Assembly (NCBI GenBank): GCA_048128005.1 | Contig: JBEUKZ010000131.1 | Span: 186,001 to 250,000 of the forward strand | DNA: 64,000 nt | From: Veleropilina oligotropha | Taxonomy: Eukaryota | Reading direction: 5' to 3' | In this document: in pieces, positions 53,482 through 64,000 of the stretch | How positions within the stretch are numbered: position 1 is the stretch's first letter | How the letters are laid out: every line of letters begins with the position of its first letter | Notes under the pieces: model-generated | What the model was told of the DNA's origin: nothing | Databases searched by the model: none | What the model saw: the letters and a program-made list of their open reading frames with translations, nothing else | Made by a program: the position numbers and the translations under genes

Positions 53482-55430
53482 TTTATTACACCTCCGGAGG
53501 AGAGGCGAATGTATTGCAATTGTCTCCGTATATATGTCTGTATGTATGTTTGTATGTATGTCCATTCGCATAACTTGAAAACTAGTGATATTTTCTTGAA
53601 ATTGTTACACAAGATAAGGTTTCTCCATGATTCGGTCCTCCTCGAAGATGGCCTGGATTGTGAACCGGGTTCGGATTTTATGATGCAATATCCTGTTTAC
53701 AGATTTTCGGCTGTAGCGGTAAAACGCTTCTCGTACAAACTCAAATTAAGCTCAATATGTTATTTAGATCAGGGTTCAATGACAACATGATATATATAAA
53801 TCTACCTCACCCAAGATGGCCGCAAGGGGAATTTAAAAATAGAGTCAATTTCTAATTCGCCAAATCTAATTAAATTGTGTAAATTTGTTACACAAATCGT
53901 AGTCCTGAATAAATTATATTGATATCAGCAAAAATATTTAGAAAATAATGTGAAATGTAAACTTTATAAGCATTTTCGAAATCAACCCCCCAAAATGCAT
54001 GTAAATGCCGTAAATCTGTAACCACTGAAACCAGACACCTCAAATTTTAACAAGTGACAGAGTAAGACATTATCTACAACTCTTATCGATATACTTTGTG
54101 TTAGAGCGAATTGTTAAAATATTCGAGACGTTGCGATATTTGTGATAGCTCTTTAAAAAATAGACAGCCGCCCGGCTATCAGGAACCCCAGCCTTATATA
54201 GCAATCAGACAGCCATATAAAATCTGTGATCTCCACCTTGCCAGTAGCCCTTGGCTAAACACTGACTGTGCTAACTGCCCATCGTGAAAAAGGTTCGATG
54301 AAAAAATAACTCAAGAAAGAAAAAATTGCGAGTATATTTAGACCTCTGTGACCTTGAACTTTGGCCAAAGGCCATTTTTCGTATTAGTTACATGATGTAT
54401 TAACCCCCATGAAATTTACCCACCATCATATACGATATGATACGGGTAGTCCATATATCACAATAAGTCCCCTAGCTATCATAGTAGCCATGCTATAAGT
54501 CATGCAGATAAAGTCTGCAAATTGTTAGTATATTTTGACCTCTGTGACCTTTACATTTGATCAAAGGTCATTTTCTGTCTGTTACATGATGTACTAACCC
54601 TACAGAAAGAGGTTGGCAAAAATTAAAAGAAAATGTTTACGAATTATAAAAATATGGAAATATGGAAATTTGTGACAAACATTTTAGTGCCATGCACAGC
54701 TTTGGGTTATAGGCAACATATCTAAAAAAAATTAAAAGGCTACCATGTTGAGTCTCCGAGAAGCAGGCCGGACAAAATTTCAGGGTCAAAGGTTATTGTG
54801 GCAAGGTCAAAAATCATTCCCGTGAAATATTACCCACCATGATCTAGAGTATGATAAGGGTAGTCCATATGTCATAGTATGTCTCCATATAGGTATCATA
54901 ATGGGCAGGCTATAGTCTTACAAAGTCTGCAAATTGTGCGTATATTTTGACCTCTGTGACCTTGACCTTTGACCAAAGGCCATTTTTCGTATTTGTTATA
55001 TGATGTACTAACCCTAAAGAAATAGTTTGGCACCAAAGAATTAACAAATGACGAAAAATAAAAAATTCTAAAGAAAATAATTTGTGAAGGTCACTACGCA
55101 GAGGTCAAAGGCCAAATGAGCAAAATGTTACAGCCATGTACAGCTTTGTATTATAGGCAACACACCTAAAAACAATTAGAAGGCTAGCATGTTTGGTCTC
55201 CGAGAAACGGCCCGGACAATATTTAAGGGCCAAAGGTCATTGCCGCAAGGTCAAAGGCCCGTCACATGAAATTTCGCCACCATGCACTAGCGTATGATAA
55301 GGGTATTAGCATACCATATGAAATCGAGGTAACATGTTTGGTAGCCGAGATATAGGCCGGACAACATGAACCGCCCGCCCGCCTCGGGCGATGACAATAA
55401 CCCCAGCTTTTTTTAAGCTGGAGTTAATAA
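53482..55430. mobile_element. Cluster of non-autonomous Helentron-associated-like (HINE) repeat elements
   Basis: tattacacctccggagg followed by a (tatg/tgtt)n microsatellite. tgacctctgtgaccttga / ggtcaaagg motifs with an internal ~415-bp duplication (54510-54925 vs 54925-55340). Ends with (ccgc)n and hairpin taaccccagctt..aagctggagtta. Class assignment is by resemblance only. Confidence 0.5.
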
Positions 55431-56080
55431 TGCTAAATCTGTGATATAATTTACACCAAGATTACCGTAATCTATCTTTCTTGAAATTCCAGGTATATCA
55501 CTTTAGTAACTATTGAATTATTGCAAGTTAGGTATTGTGAACTTCGGCAAATTTGCAAGTACAAAAATCTAACACTAAATATAAATAGCCTAAGTTAGGC
55601 AAATTAATTAGACTGTCTGTATAGCGCAAACGGTTAAAGCATTGCCGAGAGATCTAGAGGTCAGAGGTTCGACTTCCGTTACCTCCAAAATATTTTGTGT
55701 TTATTTTATGATTGTAATTCAAGTTTATATTGATCATAGACATTTCTGACTTTCACCATTGTCTACGATGACCTCGGGGCGAGTGTTTGCAATCTTCTCT
55801 GATTGTCCTTGTTCTATGTGATTTCATCTGAAAGCAGGGACATTTTAGTTGTATAATATCACTGGTCAACAAATGTACAAATATGTTGTGATGTGTCATT
55901 TACAGTTAGTGTGAGCATGCAAGTTAATATATTTCTATTTCAGGTGTTGTTAATGACAGTTTGAATGCCCATCATCATAACATCAATATTGCGTTTACAT
56001 TGATTCTCATATTTTAGGCCTATTCTTGTATCATTCATTTTGATCAATCAATACAAATAGAACCGCATATATTACTAGAA

Positions 56081-56109
56081 CATGTTTACTTTGTTGTTTG
56101 CAGGTAAGT
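56081..56109 (+). promoter_or_regulatory. Candidate recursive splice site (ratchet point)
   Basis: catgtttactttgttgtttgCAG|GTAAGT: U-rich tract and CAG immediately followed by a consensus donor. Confidence 0.45.
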
Positions 56110-56411
56110 ATTTTACCATTATTTCATTTAAACATCTATTTTCTCCAGTTTGCACATGTTCACACCCACCACTATAGTTTCTGTTATGATATTTGAGTCC
56201 AATGTTACATCTAAATATGTCACTAATTCATGTGGATTATGCATCGCCCTTCATATATATGAACTGACCTTTATAACATTATATTGACATTTTGACATTT
56301 TGACATTTGACATTTATAACATTATTCAAATAATTAAAAAATGATTTTGGTTAGATAATAATTTCAAAATTATAATGATATATCATAAGTAGATCTTCGC
56401 TCTGTCATTTT

Positions 56412-56861
56412 ATAGTGCCCATTGGCCGTAATTTCGTGATTGTGTAGCATGACTGAACAGCCTTTATCGTATAAAATGAATCAGATGCACGTCTCGCGCA
56501 GATTGATATAAATTTCACGAAGATATGATCGATATATGATCAAATGATAGATTTTTATTGAAATTATTGTTGTAACTGGGCAATATACATTATTGTCAAG
56601 TAGAAAGCTATCTTACTTGACGAGCATAAACCTACGCAACTTTGCTCCAACTTGGTCACTTGGAAATGTCACTCCGTGAGAGGTAATTAAAAGTGGACCG
56701 CTCTTAGTTATTTTAAAATCTTCATTAGCGATTTATTTAAACGTTAGCAAATTACTGACGAAAGTTGTGTTGAAAATTCCTAACTTTTTATGCTAAAAAC
56801 AAAAATGCGGCTCGTTTTGTTTTCGAAGAAAAAAGAGCGAATTTACGGGCAATCTATTTAA
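56412..56861. mobile_element. MITE family B copy
   Basis: tgtgtagcatgactgaacagcct...tttacgggcaat matches 15329-15783. Confidence 0.8.
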
Positions 56862-57126
56862 TAAGTAGAGTTGCTGCTTGGACAATATACAAACTACAGC
56901 ACAACGAAGTACCAAGTTGTTTATTTAAAAAAATCAATGTCAAAATTCAATTATGTCCATCAATGAAATTTTCCAGTCCATAACCTCATCTTCAGATAAT
57001 CTATTATGACACCTGTTTCCCTATAAATTTCCTAATTTCTTTTCTGCGTTTGTGTTTATTTTATCTGTCTCACGTAGTCCATAGATATGTTGTGCCCCCT
57101 CTCTTACATAAATCTTATTCCTGTAG

Positions 57127-60100
57127 ACCTATCTGAAGAGTACCTCGACGATTTGGCGCCTTTAGAACCGGTTTCCGAGCTTCATGAAGATCGAGACACA
57201 GATACCATGCAGATTTTCCCAGACCAACTTATTGCAGAAACCTTGACAATTGAGACGGGCGTTGACACTGACTCGTTGACAGAAAATGAAATTGTCCTGA
57301 GGCAGATTCCAGAGACACCTGACCAAGTCGAAGGACAAACTGACGAAACACATTTAATTATACTCAATGCTGCTGATGAGGTAACAGATGAAATTGTATA
57401 CCCAGAGCCCAGAGACATTGATATCACCGAAGTTAAGGAGCTAGAAATGTTTAAACAAGAAATTACAATTCAATCCACAAAGGATATTGATGACATTGTT
57501 GAAAAAGATATATTCAAAGAAGGCATCGTAATTAATCCTGATCTGGGTGAGGTGCATATGGACATTCCTGAAGATGAAACTGAAATCAAAGACCATGAAG
57601 TGCACAAAGAAACTATTTCATTTGAACCAACAACTGAGATGGAATCAAATGAAATTCTCGTTGAAGTCACTCCCGCGAGGTCTTATGAAGAACCAGATGA
57701 GGAAATTAAAGACTCTCTGTCTTTTCCAGAGCCTTCGCAGATCAAAGAGCAAGGTGTATTCAAGGAAGCGATATCTATTGAACCTAAGACGGAAACGGTA
57801 CAAGTCGATATTTCGGAACCAGATATCGATGAAGAGACTTTTAAACTGCCAGAAATCTTGACTGAAACAGACGAGGAACTGATGTCGCCTGAGTCACATT
57901 ATCACGTGGAACCCATCGAAACTCCATCTGTGGAAGCTGTAACACCCATAGGATCGGAAGAAACATTGCATGCATTCGAATCCACCCTTGTTATTGCTCA
58001 AAACGAAGTTATAAAGGATGACCTCTATACTGACAATCTGTTTCAAGACGAGATTGAAATAAACATTTCCGACTCGCCAGTTGATGACCATGATCAGATT
58101 GTTGAAATCGCTTTCAAAATTCCCGATGATCACACTGATATTTCACAAATTGAGCGTCACAGAGAATCGATATCAGTAGAACCAGCCAATAAAGACTTTG
58201 TGTTTGGTGTTTCTGGTGAGGATACAGCTAAGAAAATTCCAGATGAACAAACGGTTCCTCAAGAATCGACAGAGGACACATTCGAAAAAACTGCAATTCA
58301 GGACAACATTGATCACCAGGCCTTAGAAATATCATTCAAAGTGTCTGAAGATAAGTCTGAAGTTTCAGAGTTTCATGTTCGTAAGGAATCAATTGTTGTT
58401 GAACATGCAATTGACAAGGAAGATATTCCACACGGTCAATCAGAGAGTGATGTCCCAGAAGTTACCTCAGGGACTCGTGAAGAACATGAAGTTTCAATCG
58501 GCCCACTTGAAACAGAGGTGGAATATAAGTCAACAATGATAATATCAGAGAAAGGAGGGGAAGAAGAACCATTTATAGAGACTCCCATAAAATCTGATGA
58601 AGAAATTGACGAAATAACATCAGACCAACTATTCGAGAAACCAATACGTGAGACGGAAATTCATACTGGTCTTCAAGAAACTGTTGTTGAATATAGATCG
58701 ACAATATTTGTTTCTGATGACAGAAATGTAAAGGAACATTATATTCCGACAGAGGAACAAATTGAACCCATTGAAGAAGTTGATAAAGTCGCCGATAAAT
58801 TTCCCTTTATGAAGTCTGTTGAGATCAAACCAGCTGACCAAGATGCATTCAAGGACGTGGAAGAGATAACAGAAAAGGAATCGTTCAAAGAAGGAATCAA
58901 AATTGAACCTGAAGTTGACGATTTACCAACTGATATTTCTGAAGATGAAATATTCAAGGAGGATCTAATCATCGAACCTAAATTAAAAGAAGAACAACGT
59001 GCAGAAGATATTGACAACCAAATCATTGAAATATCTTTCAAGATGTCAAAAACTGAAACTGAAATCACCGATGTCGAAGTGCACAGAGACTCTATATCAA
59101 TCCATCCAACGATTGATGTAAGAGCGGAATTTGATCAAATACCATGTGACCAGGAAGAAAATGAGCAAGATGATATTGGTGAAGAAAGGGAAACACCGAT
59201 TGCGCCACTTGAAACTCAAATCGAGTACAAATCTACGTTGACTATTTCCACACCAGAAGTAACAGAACCCCTTCAACCAGAAATTAAAAATGAATATGAG
59301 AAGAAAGAATCGTATGTTGAACCAGAAGACGAATCTGTGGAATACGATTCTGATGAACCAGAAGTTGAGTCACAATATAAAACCGAAATATCACAGAATA
59401 TTGCTGACACATCGAATGAAATTACATTCGAAGACATCCCTCAATTTAACACTTACAAGGAAAGCTTAACCGTCGATATTGACGAAACGCCCGAGGACCA
59501 GGAGATCACAATGCAAATATCAATGCCAGATGATACAGTTAGGGATAACGATGTTGTGGCCACAACGATAAAGCAAACTGTTGATGTTATAACAGAGAAG
59601 GAATCGTTCAAAGAAGGCATTACAATTCAGTCTAAAGTTGATGATTTAACAGCTGATATTTCTGAACAGGAACTATTCAAGGAGGATCTGATCATTGAGC
59701 CTAAAATTGCAGAAGAGATTGATGATCAAACGATTGAAATATCTTTCAAGATGTCAAAAACTGAAACAGAAATAACTGATGTCCAAATCCACAGAGACTC
59801 TATATCAGTCCATCCAACAAATGATGTAAGAACGGAATTTGATCAAATACCAAGAGACCATGAAGAAATTGAACAAATTGATGTTGGAGAAGAAATGGAA
59901 ACACCTATTGGACCACTTGAAATGCAAGTTGAATACAAATCTACGTTGACTATTTCCACACCAGAAATTACAAAAATAACAGAATCTCTTGAATCAGAAA
60001 TTATACCCGAAGATGAGAAGGAAGATTCGTATGTTGAACCAGAAGACAATTCTGTGGAATACAATTCCGATGAACCAGAAGTTGAGTCACAATATAAAAC

Positions 60101-63100
60101 CGAAATATCACAGAATACTCCTGACACATCTGATGAAATTACAATCGAAGACATCCCTCAATTTGACACTTACCAGGAAAGCTTAACCGTCGATATTGAC
60201 GAAACGCCCGACGACCAGGAGATCACAATGCAAATATCGATACCACATGATACAGTTAGGGATAACGATGTTTTGGTCACAACGATAAAGCAAATTGTTG
60301 ATGTTGACCTCGAAGATATAACAGAGAAGAAATTGTTCAAAGAAGGCATTATAATTGAGCCTAAAGTTGAAGATTTAACAGCTGATATTTCTGAACAGGA
60401 AATATTCCAAGAAGATCTGATCATGGAACCTAAAATTGGAGAAGAGATTGATGATCAAACGATTGAAATATCTTTGAAGATGTCAAAAACTGAAACTGAA
60501 ATCACTGATGTCGAAATACACAGAGACTCTATATCAGTCCATCCAACAATTGATGTAAGAGCGGAATTTGATCAAATACCAAGTGACCATGAAGAACTTG
60601 AACAAGAGGATATTGGAAAAGAATTGGAAACACCGATTGGGCCAATTGAAACCCAAGTTGAATACAAATCTACGTTGACTATTTCCACACCAGAAGTAAC
60701 AGAACCCATTGAACCAGAAGTTAAACAGGAATATGAGAAGGAAGAATCGTATGCTGAACCAGAAGACGAATCTGCGGAATACGATTCAGATGAACCAGAA
60801 GACGAGTCGCAATATACAACCGAAATGTCACAGAATATTCCTGATACATCCGATGAAATTACAATCGAAGACATCCCCCAATTTGACACTTACAAGGAAA
60901 GCTTAACCGTCAATATTGACGAAACGCCCGAAGACCAGGAGATCACAATGCAAATATCGATACCAGATGATAAAGATACGGATAACGATGTTGTGACCAC
61001 AACAGTAGTGCAAACTGTTGATGTTGACACTGAAGATATAACAGAGAAGGAATCATTCAAAGAGGGCATCACACTTGAGCCTGATGTTGACGATTTAACA
61101 GCTGATATTTCTGAACAGGAAATATTAAAGGAGGATCTGATCATTGAGCCTAAAATTTCAGAAGAGATCGATGATCAAACGATTGAAATATCTTTCAAAA
61201 TGTCAAAAACTGAAACTGAAGTCACCGATGTCCAAGTACACAGAGACTCGGTATCAGTCCAACCAATGATTGATGTAAGGGCGGAATATGATCAAATGAC
61301 AATTGACCAGGAAGAAAATGAAGAAGAGGATATTGGAGAAGAAATGGAAACACCGATTGGGCCACTTGAAACCCAAGTTGAATACAAATCTACTTTGACT
61401 ATTTCGACACCAGAAGTTGCAGATATAACAGAAACCCTTGAACCAGTATATGAGAAGGAAGAATCGTATTTTGAACAAGAAGGCGAATCTATTGACTCTG
61501 TACAATACGATTCAAATGAACGGAAGGTCGAACCACAATATAAAACCGAAATTTCAACAGGTATCCCAGACACATCAGATGATATTACAATCGAAGATAT
61601 CCCTCAAATTGATACTTTTAAGGAAAGCTTAACCGTCAATATTGATGAAGAGTCCCAAGACCAAGATATCAGTATGCCAATATCAATGCCAGAAGATGAA
61701 GGCACTGATAAAGATGTTATGGACACAACAGTAATGCAAACTGTTGATGTTGACACTGAAGATATACCAGAGAAGGAATCATTCAAAGAGGGCATCACAC
61801 TTGAGCCTGAAGTTGACGATTTAACAGCTGAAAATATTTCTGAACAGGAACTATTCAAGGAGGATCTGATCATTGAGCCTAAAATTGGAGAAGAGATCGA
61901 TGATCAAACGATTGAAATATCTTTCAAGATGTCAAAAACTGAAACAGAAATAACTGATGTCCAAATCCACAGAGACTCTATATCAGTCCATCCAACAAAT
62001 GATGTAAGAACGGAATTTGATCAAATACCACGTGACCATGAAGAAATTGAACAAATTGATATTGGAGAAGAAATGGAAACACCTATTGGACCACTTGAAA
62101 TGCAAGTTGAATACAAATCTACGTTGACTATTTCCACACCAGAAATTACAAAAATAACAGAATCTCTTGAATCAGAAATTATACCCGAAGATGTGAAGGA
62201 AGATTCGTATGTTGAACCAGAAGATGATTCTTTGGAATACGATTCCGATGAACCAGAAGTTGAGTCACAATATAAAACCGAAATATCACAGAATACTCCT
62301 GACACATCTGATGAAATTACAATCGAAGCCATCCCTCAATTTGACACTTACAAGGAAAGCTTAACCGTCGATATTGACGAAACGCCCGAAGACGATGAGA
62401 TCACAATGCAAATATTGATACCAGATGATACGGGTAGGGATAACGATGTTTTGGTCACAACGATAAAGCAAATTGTTGATGTTGACCTCGAAGATATAAC
62501 AGAGAAGAAATTGTTCAAAGAAGGCATTATAATTGAGCCTAAAGTTGAAGATTTAACAGCTGATATTTCTGAACAGGAAATATTCCAAGAAGATCTGATC
62601 ATTGAACCTAAAATTGCAGAAGAGATTGATGATCAAACGATTGAAATATCTTTCAAGATGTCAAAAACTGAAACTGAAATCACTGATGTCGAAATACACA
62701 GAGACTCTATATCAGTCCATCCAACAATTGATGTAAGAGCGGAATTTGATCAAATACCAAGTGACCATGAAGAACTTGAACAAGAGGATATTGGAGAAGA
62801 ATTGGAAACACCGATTGGGCCAATTGAAACCCAAGTTGAATACAAATCTACGTTGACTATTTCCACACCAGAAGTAACAGAACCCATTGAACCAGAAATT
62901 ATACCCGAAGATGAGAAGGAACATTCGTATGTTGAACCAGAAGACGATTCTTTGGAATACGCTTCCGATGAACCAGAAGTTGAGTCACAATATAAAACCG
63001 AAATATCACAGAATATTCCTGACACATCTGATGAAATTACAATCGAAGACATCCCTCAATTTGACACTTACAAGGAAAGCTTAACCGTCGATATTGACGA

Positions 63101-64000
63101 AACGCCCGAAGACGAGGAGATCACAATGCAAATATTGATACCAGATGATACGGGTAGGGATAACGATGTTTTGGTCACAACGATAAAGCAAATTGTTGAT
63201 GTTGACCTCGAAGATATAACAGAGAAGAAATTGTTCAAAGAAGGCATTATAATTGAGCCTAAAGTTGAAGATTTAACAGCTGATATTTCTGAACAGGAAA
63301 TATTCCAAGAAGATCTGATCATTGAACCTAAAATTGCAGAAGAGATTGATGATCAAACGATTGAAATATCTTTCAAGATGTCAAAAACTGAAACTGAAAT
63401 CACTGATGTCGAAATACACAGAGACTCTATATCAGTCCATCCAACAATTGATGTAAGAGCGGAATTTGATCAAATACCAAGTGACCATGAAGAACTTGAA
63501 CAAGAGGATATTGGAGAAGAATTGGAAACACCGATTGGGCCAATTGAAACCCAAGTTGAATACAAATCTACGTTGACTATTTCCACACCAGAAGTAACAG
63601 AACCCATTGAACCAGAAATTATACCCGAAGATGAGAAGGAAGATTCGTATGTTGAACCAGAAGACGATTCTTTGGAATACGATTCCGATGAACCAGAAGT
63701 TGAGTCACAATATAAAACCGAAATATCACAGAATATTCCTGACACATCTGATGAAATTACAATCGAAGACATCCCTCAATTTGACACTTACAAGGAAAGC
63801 TTAACCGTCGATATTGACGAAACGCGCGAAGACGAGGAGATCACAATGCAAATATTGATACCAGATGATACAGTTAGGGATAACGATGTTTTGGTCACAA
63901 CGATAAAGCAAATTGTTGATGTTGACCTCGAAGATATAACAGAGACGAAATTGTTCAAAGAAGGCATTATAATTGAGCCTAAAGTTGAAGATTTAACAGC
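57127..64000 (+). CDS. Titin-like giant exon, 3'-truncated by the window edge (>6.8 kb), with ~240-aa acidic repeats
   Basis: Acceptor tcttattcctgtag|ac, phase 1, starting LSEEYLDDLAPLEPVSELHEDRD. Same frame still reads EGIIIEPKVEDLT at 63960-64000. Probably absent from the ORF track because no stop is reached. Confidence 0.88.
58860..64000 (+). repeat. Coding tandem repeat, 708-729-bp unit (~236-243 aa), at least 7 copies
   Basis: Anchor gaaatatcttt(c/g)aa(g/a)atgtcaaaaactgaa near 59028, 59736, 60465, 61185, 61914, 62643 and 63363. Confidence 0.93.

Noticed and set aside
55615..55690. tRNA gene (also 437-520, 2439-2521, 52936-53010)
   Set aside because: A/B-box-like motifs only, no convincing cloverleaf; best explained as SINE heads.
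876..64000. Assigning the symbol TTN, sls or unc-89
   Set aside because: Only generic I-set domains and lineage-specific repeats are visible, with no Fn3, kinase or other diagnostic domain in the window.

Overview
Eukaryotic (invertebrate animal) genomic DNA covering an internal part of a giant plus-strand titin-like muscle gene (Sallimus/kettin/I-connectin type; orthology cannot be fixed from sequence alone). About 33 kb of the window is coding (~11,000 aa). The large exons share one design: a long, very acidic low-complexity or repeat linker followed by one I-set Ig domain, with phase-1 GT-AG introns on both sides. Two exons exceed 10.6 kb and a third (>6.8 kb, missing from the ORF track) runs off the window end. 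Each giant exon has its own repeat type: 90 aa (2x45), 11-12 aa, and ~240 aa. Hand reading also found small exons absent from the ORF track. One is a candidate terminal exon ending in a hydrophobic transmembrane-like tail plus stop (29555-29823), followed by candidate ATG-bearing alternative first exons. There is also a candidate recursive splice site. Introns carry tRNA-derived SINEs (two copies contain minisatellites expanded from the SINE body), TTAA-flanked MITEs and Helentron-associated-like elements. No prokaryotic features, CRISPR arrays or intact RNA genes were found.
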